From positions 128,218,001 through 128,282,000 of the forward strand of contig NC_058368.1 of assembly GCF_018350175.1 (NCBI RefSeq): a DNA stretch of 64,000 nt. The letters run 5' to 3'. The first letter of the stretch is position 1. Every line of letters begins with the position of its first letter. Shown here piece by piece: positions 1-14,320 of this stretch. This stretch comes from Felis catus. Taxonomy: Eukaryota. A program made the translations under genes and the position numbers. The notes below the pieces were generated by a model. That model had not been told where the DNA came from. It did no database searches and saw nothing but the letters and a program-made list of their open reading frames with translations.

Positions 1-3000
1 AAAAGACTTGAACACACAAATCATTCACTTGATTGTTAAAATCTCCCTGGAGCCCATTTTTAAAGATCACTTGGAAAAATACTGGGAGATATTGTCAAAT
101 GTCCCAAATTCAGAAGTGCAAAGACCCTATGAAAAGTCGAGAGAGGAGGTTTCCTAAGGGGCTCTGAAATACACAAGTTCCTCAGGAATGGAACTGAAAA
201 GAAACCATTATTGTCCCAAATCATAAAAGGAGAAACTTAATTCCTATTTAATTGGAATTAAACAATCACAAGTTCACAAACTCATTATTTTATTAAGTCA
301 CCTTTGATGAGAAAGACACAAATGACATATAAACGAGCTGGTTCAGGGACTTATTTTTAATTTGATATCAATTCTAACCCCAAGTCCATTACAATATGTA
401 ATTATTTAATTAACCTATCCACAGCCTATTTTGGGCAAATTGCATTTGCAGCAAAATGAAGAAAAAGGGTTATTTATTTTACTTGGTGGAGAGAAGAACA
501 GAAAGAAATGATGAGTGAACCATTAAAAACATAACTTTAATATGCATCATTTCTTTGTAGAACAATTCAATGAGAACACAAGGTCAAGGACTGAAAAGCT
601 TATGTTAATAGTTTACCTCATAGCAGAATAAATTTGGGAAAATCACTTAACCTCAATTTTATGAAAAGTACATCAGGGGAAGTATTATGCTTTCCCCCAC
701 AATACAAAAGTATATTATAAATAAAATTCACTGCCTGTTCAAACTGAACTGGACAGAGGTAATTGGCCATAGACATGGGGATATCTATGATCGCCTAGAG
801 AAAATAAGACTGACCACTGATAGTGGTCACTGATAGAGCTCTGCATTCATTAAGCACATGTCGGTGGAGTAAATGAATGAACTGACAATCTACAGCCCAG
901 AAGATCACCAGACTCTCCAAGTATCATGTGGTAGACAAGCCCCAGTGCTTTCCAAGATCCCTAGATGCTCACTTAAGACCAAAATTGCATCAAGCACCTA
1001 TTTATGCTACTGCCTTCAACCATCTCTTTTTGCCCCCATCTCTATTATTTGTCTCTTTGCTCCAGGACAACCCAACTTTGCTCCAAGGGAGTTCACAATG
1101 TAATACATCCCTAAGAGAAGAGGCCAAGGTTCTAACCTAACCTTTTTGAACTCTCCCACTAACTATCAGCCTTAAGGAAGTCAGGGTAGATTTATTTCCC
1201 AGACACAGAAGGACTGGAGGCTGAATTTGACCAATAGTCTGCTGATGTCAAGGATTTTAGAATGACTCTATTCCTCCCAAGTGGGAAAACTAGCAGGAGT
1301 TAAAAAGGTGTTGAGAGCATTGGAAAAGCCAAAGGAAGAGTTTCCTTTTATCCCGAATTCATGAGACCTACTGCTGGACTCTGTACAAAACCCAAAAAGG
1401 GAAACCCAAGTGACTGTCCTATCAGTTTAGTAATGTTCTGTGGCATGACTGGTAACAGCATCTTCACTGACCGAGATGTGTGGGCGATGCCTTGCTGGGC
1501 TTGTTGCAAAACAAATGGTACATAAAAGTGAAATGAAAGAGAGTTACCATTATTAATTATATACTGATGATAATAAAGAACTCTACTTACTACTCTCAAA
1601 AGCCCAGACAATAATCCAAATGGTTTTTCTCATTCAACCAAAAGAGTCTAAGTAGTTTCACAGGAAAGTTTAATTAATACCAAAAACACAATCATATTTC
1701 TTATTTCTTCTCTTGGAAAGAATAAGCAGTTAAATAAAAAATAAAAACGCGAAAAGCCACAGAACTGAGATTTTCTATCATTGAGAATCCTCAGCCCTTA
1801 GAAATTAACTGAGTAAACCTTGAAAGGTAACTCGTCCAAAGAACCAAGAGCAAAATTCATAATTCTTTTCAACTAATCTAAGTATCATCTCATCTTCTGC
1901 TCATTTCCAAAATTATCAATCATAGTGAATGACATTTTCACTTACTAAAAAAAGACTGGAACCCAAGTTCACATTTTCACTTCATTCTTGCTAAAAATCA
2001 ACAGCATAGCTACAAAACATCACAAGCATGAATCCTTGGCTAGATTTAAGTGGCCAGACAGTTCTCCAGTCAACAGCCAATGACGTATATATGTATGTCT
2101 TATTTCATTCACTGAGTCCACAAACATTTCACCAACCAACTAAAAGACCCTGGGGGAAAGAAGGAGATATGAAGACTGCTCTCAAAAAGCTTAGAATTTG
2201 CTACAGAAGCCATATTTGCTTGCCAAATTATTTTAATATGAAGTAAAATGTAATGAATGCCACAAACAAGCTTTTTAAACAGTCAAACGTCCATGACATT
2301 TCAGAGACAACAGAGACACTGAGAAAGAACGTTCCCACTATTTTAAAAATCAGTCCAGACAAGATCCCAGACTGTTAAACGTATCTGAGAAATCAAAGCA
2401 TCACACAGCTGAAGGAGGAAAACACAAAATTTAAAAAAAAAAAACTGTTTTAAAAGGAGCATCTTCATTTTTTCCTCCAACTACTTACACTCCAGAAAAC
2501 ATAAAGTGACATCAAATTTCTCCAATCAGACTTTGTCCACTCTCTGTGAAAAAACTAGTATGAAATGTACCAGCAACTTCAAGATTGAAATGTGAAGCCA
2601 AGGAACTTCACGTCATTATACATGTGCATTGGTCAAATTATCTTTAGGATTAAAAATCACACTTTGTTTTTTTAATTAACACTGTAAACATACACAGTCA
2701 GACGCCTCTTACCTTTGCTGTTTAGTTACCCATCTAACTGCAGCTGAAATCAGCTCTTTATAATCCAATTTTGAGAAAAGGATGCATCTATTTAAAATCA
2801 CAGCTCGTTTGCCCAAGTACAAAGTTGACTGAATTCTTCTAGACTAGAAAGAGATTGGCGTGTTTGCTTGTGCAGATCAGATTATTTAATTGCAAAACTG
2901 GGAATTATTCCATAGATGTGAATGCGTATCTAATTTATGTCACAAAGGAGAGATTATACTCTTAGGGGAAGTTATTTACTTACTCATTTTCCTAACTAGA

Positions 3001-3997
3001 TTTCCATGCACATGAGAATTTCAAGTCAGGAAAGCAGTGCCAACAATATTCCACCAGAGACAACCAAAAAGAGATCATAAATGTCTTGTTAACTGTAAAT
3101 AATGATAAAATGAAGCTCTTTGGGGAATAGGATTTACAGCTGGTCTAGACTGAAGAGTTTTAAATTTATATTAACCCAAGAAAATTACAGTATACTGATT
3201 TCAGTTTATGCATTAAATTTTGTTGGACATTTTGCCACAGAATAAGAAAAATCAAGGGAAAGGACCAACTCCTTTAAGTTTTTACAAAACATTTTTTGCA
3301 ACTGAAAGGTCTGTAGCTCATCCTCCCCTGCATACATTGACATCTTGCCCTCTAACTTAAGTACATTCTGGTCTGCAGTGACTTACCTGAATTTGTTTGT
3401 CTGTAATTGTTACCATAAATTTCTAAGCTATCTTAAAGTGATTTTTTGAGGAAACAACTTATCAGGGCATCTCTTAAGTACTTTTGTGTTCATGCCCCAG
3501 TTTTCTTCTCCTTCCTTGTCACCACAGAAGTACACCTACATCAAGTCTATTAACTTTTGGTGGCTTATTTATTTTTACTTGAGTGAATCTAGAAGTGTTT
3601 TTAAGAAAAGAATTGGACTGGGAAATAGAAGGTAAGGAACCTGGTCATTGTTTAGCCTCAGGCTGGTTAAAGAATTCACTGAACCAGTCAGTCTTCTAGT
3701 TCCTCCATGAGGAGGACTCTTCTACATGATTAATCTCAGAGATTCTGACGACCTGGAAACCTGGTGACTCTCTACTCTTTGACTTGGGACCTTATATGTG
3801 GATGCCATTTGTTACAATAAAAGATGGCTGGCCCTTCTCCTGATAGATATAAAACCAGACAAAGACAAAGGGCCTCATGTATGCAGGAGGATAAAGTGTA
3901 CATGACAGAGAAGCAGGCAGTGAGGGGTACATGGCAAGAGCAGGGGGAAGAGAGTGGAGAGGCAGAGAATGAGGACAGAGAAATCCAGAGACATTGG

Positions 3998-4058
3998 TGT
4001 CTCTCTCTCTCTCTGCCCCTCTCTCTCTCAAAATAAATAAATAAACTTTAAGAAAAAA
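3998..4058 (+). mobile_element. Can-SINE 3' fragment (CT tract plus A tail)
   Basis: TGTCTCTCTCTCTCTCTGCCCCTCTCTCTCTCAAAATAAATAAATAAAC. Confidence 0.65.
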
Positions 4059-4625
4059 GTATATGCAGTTGAGAGAACAAAAGAAAGTTCTAAATAACAG
4101 TACATACCCCTAATTACTGAGCATAAAACCTGAGAATTTTCATAGGCATTTTTTACATGGTAACAAACACCTACAGTTATCTTCTTCTCTCCAAGAAGAA
4201 AAATAAAGGCAAACTACTCAGATATTGAAATATAACTTTAAATCTCTGTAAATATTTGTAAAGAGATGGTTATGTTCTATTAGGTGTTTACTAAACACTA
4301 AACGATGACTTTTTAAACAATCATACATTATCATTAAAAAAATAAGCACAAGAGAATGGAGCACAGGACCTGGGAGGCAGTAAGCATAAATAAAGCTCAG
4401 AAAGAGAGAAAGAGAGAGGAAAGAAATAAAGACTGTATTTTAAAGTAATGTGTAAATGGTCTTCCTGAGCTCAGAGACCATACATTTAATGGTGAGAAGA
4501 CATAATGTAAAATAGGCTCACACAAAATTGGTTAAGGTTCTGAACAAGCTACAAGTACAAACCAGAGTAAAAAAGTTAAGTACCCAGAACTCAACAATAA
4601 GAATCCTGAACATACTATAACAAAT

Positions 4626-4626
<1 letters not shown>

Positions 4627-4669
<43 letters not shown>
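4627..4669. repeat. (CA)n microsatellite
   Basis: Direct inspection. Confidence 0.97.
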
Positions 4670-4671
<2 letters not shown>

Positions 4672-7566
4672 CTTTACAGTCTGGCATTCAAGGCAAGGGA
4701 CAAATTTACAGAAAATCAAAGATTTCATTGCTGATGAAATAACAATGATCACAACCATCACCACCAGTAGAGACTCTCTAGAGATGTCTCTGAAGAACAG
4801 GCATCCCTAGCTCTTACATCACTCGTGTCCACAGAACAATAACCACTGCTGCTCCACACTCAGACCAGGAAGGTATGCGAGGACCCCAGTGGTCAATTAA
4901 AGACCAGTTACTCCAAGTAGTGTGCTTTACATCCAACTCATTTAAAATGGTTTCCCGGTATAGACCTTGAAATATGATCCCATCTATAAAATTAATGGAG
5001 CCAAAGGCCCCCAGCCAGTAGCCCACTGTCCTTCTCTTTCCCAGCTTTCATTCTGTTCGTTAGTGAGAGGAGCCTTTCAAGGGGACACTCCAGCCTGCCC
5101 TTCCAAGGTTCACATACAATCGCACACTCTTTAGTCCTAGGAATGCTCACACATGAGGGGTAGAGTTCAACCTTGGGAGATTTGACCCCAAGAGAGGCCC
5201 ACCCATGTTCTAGAAGTAATTAGGGGATCCCTTAGGCAGGGGAATATAGTGTCCTGAGTGGTTCAGAAGTAGGGGTGAGGGTGCTTTCCATGACAAAGCC
5301 CCTTGGCCCTTTAAAGTAAGGGACTCTTGCCCCAGGTCCAAGGGTGTCTTTACTGTTGATAAGAAATTTTTGTCTTCATCTGGATTCACCAGAAAATCTA
5401 ACTGGTTGTATCTCCTATTCCAAGCAGGAGAAGGGATAGTATTTGCTGTGTTGTGTAGCGAAAATAATGAACATAAGCGCTAAAATTACCTCAGCTCAGG
5501 TGCTCAAATTATTTTGGTTTTAATACCACAGAGTTTACAGCACAAGAAGATGTATTTCCTTCAGCAAGAAAATCCTAGACACAAGATATGTACTGCTTAA
5601 GAATAAGCTAACACTAGCTTCCTGTAGTGAGCTTTGTGAGCTCATAGTTAGCAACCAAGCAGAGAACCAAGTTTTTGTCTCAATTTCTCTCTCCTTATTC
5701 TCAGTCTACAAATCATCATGGGTCAAGGCTAAGTGATGTGAAAAAGCCAAATTTAATAATGAATCTTCCCTTTCTTTCTCTCTTCTTGTAACACCTTTCC
5801 TGATGGGAAGCCTCTGAATATGGGCAGAGTAATAGGAAGACAAAAAAGAAATGTGTCCTAACAGGCTTGTAGTGTACCTGAAGAGGCAGAATGTATATGA
5901 AATTTAGAAGTTTTAACAACCTGACCAAGTAACACGAGGATGCAAATGGATGGGTTATAAGGTCTTCTCTCTCCTTCTTCCAAAAGTCTCATCTGTCATA
6001 AGCTTTCCTCGAAATTTTGATTTAGAGACAGAAGACTTGACTTGAAGAACAAAAGAAATAGAAGCTTAGAAGCATTTAGACACATTTCCTTCCTTCTCTG
6101 CTTACACTGTTCCAGTGCCCAGGGCTTGGGCCTTTTGAAGGGTGTTTGGACATCCTTGTATAGACTCTCTATACAATCTTTTAACTCTTATTTTTATTGA
6201 CATATCCAAATACTCACCAGTTCACTTTATTCTTCTTTATGGAAGGGTGAATAGTGATTCCACCTTGGTTTTTCCAACTCCTGTTTACACTGCTCTGGAA
6301 TAGGACTTCCAAAGAGCAGGTAGTCCTGAAATCCTAGCACTCTCAATTCAGACTCAGAGGACTCACATTCCAATTCCAATTCTAATTCTTAAAGGCCATG
6401 AAGAAGTTGTTGAACACTTCTGTGAGCCTCAATGTCAGCTATAAAATGGGGAATTATTCCAGCAAAGAATAAATCAAATGACATGTGTGGGACAGCACAA
6501 AACATAGCAGTGCTGAATATCTGTGGTTGATATGAATATTCAGACCAGGTGTTCTCTGCTTTGGAATTTCTCAGAACAAGATGAGATCTATTTATGTATT
6601 CAGTTAACAATTTGTTGAGCTACTACTATCTGTCACACTCTCCACTATGTATGTGTGAGAACCACAAGAGCTGAGCTATCCTGTCACTACTGGACCATTT
6701 CTATCTTCAAATTACCTCTCTTCTAGTATCTTCCCTCTTGGGAAATAGTTAAGAAAGTATGTCACATTTGTTTGTTTAAATTCTATCTGTTTTCAACATT
6801 TTGGAATGAAGCCTATCCCTCCCTGGGCTTCATTACACATCAAAATTCCCACAGTTGGTTTTTTGTTTAAGATGCATTAATCAGCACTGTCTCCAAAAGT
6901 TCTCTCTTGGGTTTGACAAAAGAGAATTAAAACCTATCTGGACTTTATCAAGCCTGGTGTTCAGGCTGCCCTGGGGGACTGGAGTTGGTAAAGCTAAATT
7001 AAATTGTGAATAATGGAAGTTTTCAGTAATCAAAGAAGAAAAGCAGTAATGAGCAACTCGCAATGATAATGAGTAAGCATACATGCTGCACACCAGGTCC
7101 CATCTGATATTTATTCTGCAACCTCGATGCACCCCTCCTCATTCTCCCACCACTGGATACCAAAACTGGAACAAGCAAATATCTGAATAATAATTCCTGC
7201 TCAGTTGAGTCCCTCGTTACAACCAAATAAAGGCAGACTAGCTTCTTTAAAGCTTAGATACCAAGAGCACCATGCTACTGAACAATTAATTAACAATTAA
7301 CACACCCAAAGCAGCATGACTTGGTACCAGTTTTATTGGTTACAAATGGGCAATAGCACAGTTGTCTGAAGCATCACTTTACACTATTAATTCCAGGGAA
7401 ATCGCATACTGATTATTAAACCAGAAACGTTTTTAAAATGGAAAAGCCATAGCTGTTCAGACCCCAGACAAGCTAATCAACATAAACTCCTGCATAGAGC
7501 AGGAGTTTTCCAACTTATTTTTGATGCAACTATTGGCAAACATTATTGATTATATAAAATTAGTTC

Positions 7567-7792
7567 TTTTTTTAAAATTTTTTCACATTTGTGTTATTTT
7601 TGAGACAGAGAGAGAGAGAGACAGAGTGTGAGTGGAGGAGGAGCAGAGAGAGAGGGAGACACAGAATTGGAAGCAGGCTCCAGGCTCCGAGCTGTCAGCA
7701 CAGAGCCCAACACGGGGCTCGAACTCACGAACCGTGAGATCACGACCCAAGCTGAAGCTGGGCACTTAACCAACTGAGCCACCCAGGCACCC
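7567..7792 (-). mobile_element. Can-SINE (SINEC_Fc-like)
   Basis: Reverse complement of GGGTGCCTGGGTGGCTCAGTTGG…; TSD TAAAATTA(G/C)TTCT. Confidence 0.95.
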
Positions 7793-8140
7793 TAAAATTA
7801 CTTCTGTATATCCTTCGTGGAGTCTATTTTCCCTCATCTAGATTACTATTAGGAAAAGAATGAGTGCCCTCAAAATAAAAAGAAAGAAAAATAAAGAAAG
7901 AAAAAGTGCAAAAAATAAAATGATTTTCAGCTCCTCTCTTCAAACGCTTATCTTTTCCATGTGTTTATTGTGAGAGTACCATCTCTGTGCTATACACCGT
8001 GACCCTGTCTACAGAGCTTCCAATAATCCCCAAAAAGCAAAGTACTTCCAGCACTGGAAAATACCTGCTTGCCCTGCGAGCTAGCTCAATGTTAAGGAGG
8101 AAAAAGACAAAGTGTTTACTGACTTCAATAATTACCCCAA

Positions 8141-8356
8141 GGGGCACCTTGGTGGCTCAGGTGGTTAAGGGTCCAACTTCAGCTCAAGTCATCATCTCAT
8201 GGTTCATGGGTTCGAGCCCCACATCAGGCTGTGTGCTGACAGCTCAGAGCCTGGAGCCTGATTCCGATTCTGTGTCTCCCTTTTTCTCTGCCCCTCCCCC
8301 GCTTGTTTGTGTTCTCTCTCTCTCCCCCCCTCTTCTAAAATAAACATTAAAAAAAA
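8141..8356 (+). mobile_element. Can-SINE
   Basis: GGGGCACCTTGGTGGCTCAG…, CT tract and A tail; TSD AATTAC(C/T)CCAA. Confidence 0.95.
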
Positions 8357-10126
8357 GCAATTACTCCAAATATTTTCACAAATGAACACAGAAGAAATAT
8401 CTGAGAACTGGAAAAGATTTAATTCTGTAATCACAATAGAGGAAAGTCTTCTCCATTTGACTGATCCTCAGATAAACAAAACCACAGTGGGAATGGCTGA
8501 GCAAACAGTTTTTCTATCTTCACACCCACACACTTGGTAAACATTCACCAAATTTCCATTGATGAAACACACTGGAGAGAGGTGGCTTCCCTTTGGTTGA
8601 CTTTAAAAACATTTAACCACATAGTTTAAGTTTTTGTTGTAGGCTGAAAACCAGAGTTATCATAAACATGTGGCATTTAAGGACAAGCCAGTCACAGGTA
8701 GGACAAGGACCTTCTATCACATCAGATGTAGGATATCTCTGGACAAAGTGCGATTCATGTCTGAAGTATTCTTATTACAAACACTTCAAAATTCCATAAT
8801 GAACCTGCTTTCCAGGGATGTTCGAGAGTGTGTTGGAACCACGGTGTCTGAAAGGCTGAGGCATGTAACCCTAACTTGGGGCTGGTGCTTTAGAGTGCTC
8901 CTCTCCTTCCCTCTTCTTACCATGCATCCTCATGAAGCTAGAAGCCTGCAAGGCTGGGAGACATACCCACCTTCTAGACCATTCCCTAGATACCCATAAC
9001 ACTGGAATTTCCCGCCCCAAATGGTCTAAAGTCATTTAGAAGGCACTGTGTGGGTCTTTATCCTCCTAAGGACAGACTACTTCATGGCCAGAGTGCACAC
9101 ACTCAGGCTTAAGAAGTGACCATGAGCAGTTGTTGGACAGTGGGTGTAGACAGAGTTTGAATGAGCAGACTGCCTCATCTATACTTGTTCCTACAAGACT
9201 CATTCAGTTCCACACAGAGCAGAGATAAGGCTGTGGAACAGGAAAGCTCTTGTCCTGGGCTCACAAATGTTAGGGGTAGCCTGGAATAAGATAAATTACA
9301 GGCTGAAACGAGTGCTATTCAGTGATGCCAGGAAACATCTTCCCTCTCTCTCCTATACTCACGGTGAACATGTAACATTATCTAAAGCAGGACACCACTG
9401 ACTATAAAATGGGATACCAGCTCCAGAGGCAAAGCCAAGATGGTCTTGCAAACTGGGCTATAAAGTCATCCTAACTGCACCAAACTGAAGGCCATGGTTT
9501 CCCTTATAATGACCCCTCATTAATTCAGAGCCCAGAGCTCCATAAATAATTGCCATCCATTGGAATTCAGCATTTTTCTTTCCCATCAGGTTCTTTTTTT
9601 CCTCATTAGAGATTGTTTATGCTTGGTGCTCCCAAGAAGTAAATAAAACTTCATTATCGTCATATATAACAGACTTTGGGTATATAACAGAAGCATCATA
9701 TGTACTTCCAGCTTCTGTTGTTTATCTGCAAAGCTATTCAATCTGTTAAATTTGTACATTGTCATCCTAATGAAAGGCATAACAAATAAAAGAGAAACCT
9801 ATGAAATCAGAGAAGCATCAGAAATCTACAAACATACCAAGTCACGTTGGACAGTTGGATTCCTGCATGTTGTAGAAAATCAAAGGCAAACACTACATAA
9901 GTTTAAATTAAAACACTGTGATGGCCCTTTCTGGAGCCAAGCCAGCACCGGGCCTGGGAATGCAAGATTTGGCCAGGACCAATCAGTGTCTTCCAGAAGC
10001 TCACACCCTAGAGGAGGGAGATTTTGGTAAGGCCTAAGGCTACATCCTTTGCACCTGGTTAATGTGTCTCTCCTGCTGCTTCTTGGCTAATCACAGCAGC
10101 CTGATTTCACCTCACAGCTGTTACAC

Positions 10127-10128
<2 letters not shown>

Positions 10129-10168
<40 letters not shown>
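10129..10168. repeat. (CA)n microsatellite
   Basis: Direct inspection. Confidence 0.97.
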
Positions 10169-10169
<1 letters not shown>

Positions 10170-10227
10170 TCTTCCTACAGTGTTTCCAGTCAAACTGCCC
10201 TACTGCCTGCCATTACTTACACACTAG

Positions 10228-10375
10228 CAGTTCTTAAACATGACCACACATTACAGTTACTCTGGGAGCTTTTCTAACATACAGATTCCCAAACAACATC
10301 CCAGAGACTGAATCAGCATGTCTGTGGTGAAGCCAGGACATTTCTAACTTTATAAAACAATCTGAATGACCACGA
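10228..10375. mobile_element. MER5-like hAT-Charlie MITE remnant
   Basis: CAGTTCTTAAAC…CTGGGAGCTTTT…ATACAGATTCCC…CCCAGAGACTGAATCAG resembles the MER5 family. Confidence 0.5.
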
Positions 10376-12352
10376 ATGCTTAACATGATAACCCCTGGAA
10401 AGGCTCAGCTAAAGCAGCAACACAGGCAGGTGGGCACACTGTCCCATCAGAAGGCAGCCACACCATCATGCTACTAGGCTGGGGTCTTCCCAGATGGAAA
10501 TGAAGAATGAAGATTCAGTGACTAACACCCTGGCATGAGGCACCACAACAAACAATTATCCTTTCCTGCCACAGCCAAGGTCCAACCACCTGTCCATTCC
10601 CACATTTCCCAGATGATTTCAGTATGGACTCCCTTTTGTGAGAAACTATTTAAGTTTTATTCATCATTAAAAGTACATACATGCAGCAAGTTCATGCAAA
10701 TTTTACAATAATCTACTTTTTTATTCAGTCTTTAATCCCTAATCCAATGATAAAACTGTTCTTATGAGTTAAATTTTGAGGCATTTCTTTGCCTTCTCTC
10801 CCTCTTCCTCTCCCTCCTACACACACACCCAGACTGTAATCTGTGTTTTGTTTGCTTGTTTGCTTTGTCTGATGATTCTCAATGAGCAGAGGTCCAACCC
10901 TCCCAGGAGAACACATCAACATCTCCAGAAAACCATGTAATTTTTCTATTTGTGAAAATGAATCAAATGCTTTCAAAGGATAAGAATGCTGCTAGCTTCA
11001 TCTTTGAATCATTCAGAATATTGAAGGAAAGGAATTATAGTCATCAATCAACTTGAATTTAGTGTTTTACAACTTGCCCAGTGTAATCAGAAATAAGCCT
11101 AAGTCTGTAAGTAAAATTAGAGAAATGCCATCAGGTAGAAAGAAATTCCTTCTTGTCAGCAGAAAGGCTGAGCACAGGGATTCAGTCATCAGACCAGCTG
11201 TTCCCATCACAGGCCATCCCACAGATAGGGCAGCTGTGCAGGAAGCAGAGGAGATGAAAAGATACACCAGCACAGTTCAGGGTCACCCAGGTTGGTAAGT
11301 AATCGGTGCACTGAATTCAGCTTCCCCTGGGAGCCCAGCTGATCCTGACAGCCAAAAATCTCATCAGCGAAGACAGCAAGTCAATGGGAAGCATGGCATC
11401 GTAGTTGCCACCCATCACGCTGACATATTTTGAAGGATAAAGGAAAAAATAAAAACACCAGACCCAAATGGGGAAAATGAACCCACTTTCCAAATACCTC
11501 CTAAGCTCAAAAAACACTCCTCAATATATTTGATTAACTTATACCCTCCTGCTCTTGCTTTATTATTCTTTTAACTAAGTTTCAGATAATTTTCCTTAAG
11601 TAGTCTAAATGCTCGCCCTCCATAAATCATGACTTCCATAAATCACAAGACAGAAACTATGTAAAGTTTCATTTGTATAAACATAAATTTGTTATGAAAT
11701 AGCTTAAAATAAAGTTTGAAAAAACATGCACAGAGACCTTCACATTGATCGGTTTGGGATGGCCCAAGATTTCTATTCCAGTCACTTAGCTCCTTTCTAC
11801 TATAAACATTTGTTACTTGTATGCTTTTTGAGCTCAAAAAAAGAGGTGAAAAACAGGGAAGTTATCTACCAATGGAAGTTATCAGCTTCAGATATTAGAA
11901 TTAATTTTCAAGACTCCAGGAACAACTGGCTAACATGAGATTTCTGATATTATTACTTATTTGGCCGTGTTATCCACCACTGCCAAAGTCCACCCACCGG
12001 TACAATAGAAGTATTTGCCTGAAACCATATTTTGAGATATAGGAACAAGATGGGCACAAATGACAGCTTCCTTATTCTCATGAAATAGCCACTGATTACA
12101 CAAATTATCTGCTTGCGGTTCAAGACAGAGACCTCCAAAGATAAATAAGGATGTCTCCTATCACTGAATTGAAAAATACATTCATTTAGAAATGATTCAG
12201 TGTCACAACTGACATTGTAAATGTATAGTTCTTACTTCCACTTTTAACAAGGCTGTAAGACAAGAGGCAGATACCAAAGGTATAGCGATTTAAATAGGCT
12301 CTATTCATCTCCCTCTGACTTCAAGATAATGCTCAAAAATACATGTTGGTTT

Positions 12353-12521
12353 GGGGTGCCTAGGTGTCTCAGTTGGTTAAGCGTTTGACCCTTGAATTCA
12401 GCCCAGATTGTGATCTCACAGTCATGGGATCCAGCCTTACATCAGGCCCTAAGCTTGGTGTGGGGCCTGCTTGGAATTCTCTCTTCCTCTCTCTCTGTCC
12501 TTTCCCTGCTCTCTCACGCGT

Positions 12522-12568
<47 letters not shown>

Positions 12569-12610
12569 CTCTCTCTCTCTCTCTCTAAATAAACATTTCT
12601 AAAAAAAATT
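12353..12610 (+). mobile_element. Can-SINE with internal (CA)n(CT)n expansion
   Basis: GGGGTGCCTAGGTGTCTCAGTTGG head; approximate TSD ATGTTGG(G)TTT. Confidence 0.93.
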
Positions 12611-12661
12611 AATGTTGGGTTTAGTATTTTACAAAAGGTTTTTTTTTAAACATTAATTTTT

Positions 12662-12884
12662 GGGGAGCGACAGGGTGGCTCAGTCAGTTGAGCCTCCGAC
12701 TTCAGCTCAAGTCATGATCTCACAGTTTATGGGTCCGAGCCCAACATCGGGCTCTGTGCTGACAGCTCAGAGCCTGGAGCCTGCTTCGGAATCTGTGCCT
12801 CCCCCTCTCTCTGCCCATCCCCTGCTCATGTTTTGTCTCTCTCTCTCAAAAAAAAAAAAAAAAAACCATTAAAAACAAAAATTT
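12662..12884 (+). mobile_element. Can-SINE whose tail hosts the L1
   Basis: GGGGAGCGACAGGGTGGCTCAGTCAG head and A tail directly followed by the L1 5' end. Confidence 0.93.
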
Positions 12885-14320
12885 GGTGGTGAAAGGAAGA
12901 GCCAAGATCACAGAACAGCATGGAGGTATTTTTGTGTCTCGTGTCCATAAAATACAGCCAGACCAACACTAAACCATCCTGCACACCTAGAAAACGGATT
13001 TGAGGACTAACACAACAATCTGCACAACCTGAACCACAGAACTCATCAGGTACACGGCGCGGAGAGGTGAACTGGGGAGGAGAGAAGTCGCAGAGGGCAG
13101 GGAGCTGTTTACACTTGTGGAGATACGACAGAGAGTGTGGGGGGGGCAGAGTATGGGAAAAGCATCCCCCCACCACCAAAAACAGCTGGAGAGAAAAATG
13201 GAGAAGTGGAAATAGCCACAGGGACTGAACTAAAAAGGGAGAAAGGACCAAGGAGAAAGTTTAAATTCCACTAAGACTCTATAAACAGCAGTAGCGCAGA
13301 GTTTGAAACTCCACACCATGAAACCTGGTGGTACTCTGGTGGGAAGGGCAAATCGCCAGGAGCAGAATGAAGTCCTCAGGCCACACAGGGAGAGGCGGTT
13401 CCCCTGCTGGGAGGATATTTGGTAGAGTCCGTGTGGCTACCCCAGCAGACCCCAGAGAACAATCACGTTCACTGGTGATAGAACAAGGTCATTAAGGGTG
13501 AGGCCTGGTGCCAGATGTGTGTTGTGATTTTCCATAATCCCTGAACTACTGCTGCTACATGATTGCATGAACTTTTTCTGGGGCAAGCTGGCACCCAGCC
13601 GCAGTCTCTGGGCATCGGCAGCAGCATGGTCCCGCAAACAGTCCTAGATGTGGCTAGTACCCAGCCTTTGCTCAGTGAGACCCTTCCACAGAGTGGCAGA
13701 ACAGGTCAAAGCCACAGTCCCTCAGAAATAAGGGGTCAGGAAAAACAGCCACATCTGAGATAAAACTCAGGAGGGAGGATGGAAGTGGATGGAAGCCAGA
13801 AACAAAGGACAGTGCACAATTGCTGATTGGGGAGAACAGAATTCTGATATGAGAGACTGGGTAGCTGGGTGACATCATTTTCACACCTCCTGCACATGAG
13901 CATACATACCTACATGTGCCACAACAATCCACCCCAGTAGGCTAGCTGCGCCATCTAGTGGAGAAAGGAGCCATTACACTAAGCCCCGCCCAACTAAGCC
14001 AACCTAGCTCTTCAGGAACACAAGCCTCTCTGCCTGCTTAGTTTATGGACTACAAAGTGCTTCATAGTTTGACTTCCAGGGCAAATGGTGTAATTTCAAC
14101 CATATTCCAGTCTGTTCATTGATCCATCCATTCAATTTTCTTTTTTGTTTCTTTTCTTTTTCTTGAATACATAAAGAGAAATATTTGTTTTTATTTTCAA
14201 TTTTTATTGAAATATTTTTAATTTTTTTCTACTATATTTTTTAATTTTATCTATTTTTCAATTTCTATTTTACTTCCACCATTTCATTTTATTCTATTTC
14301 ACTGTATTCATTTTTTCAAA

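Noticed and set aside
811..838. Palindrome TGACCACT-gat-AGTGGTCA with duplicated CACTGATAG
   Set aside because: An isolated 8-bp arm is plausible by chance in 64 kb, and there is no supporting context.
7583..8434. Recurrent ORFs such as MAQLVKCPTSAQVMIS… across the window
   Set aside because: They are translations of Can-SINE bodies, not a gene family.
12353..12450. tRNA genes
   Set aside because: The A/B-box-like heads belong to tRNA-derived Can-SINEs, and no complete cloverleaf was seen.
12826..13251. 141-aa antisense ORF in the L1 5'UTR (ORF0-like?)
   Set aside because: It starts at TTG, runs into the SINE tail and has no recognisable similarity to primate ORF0.
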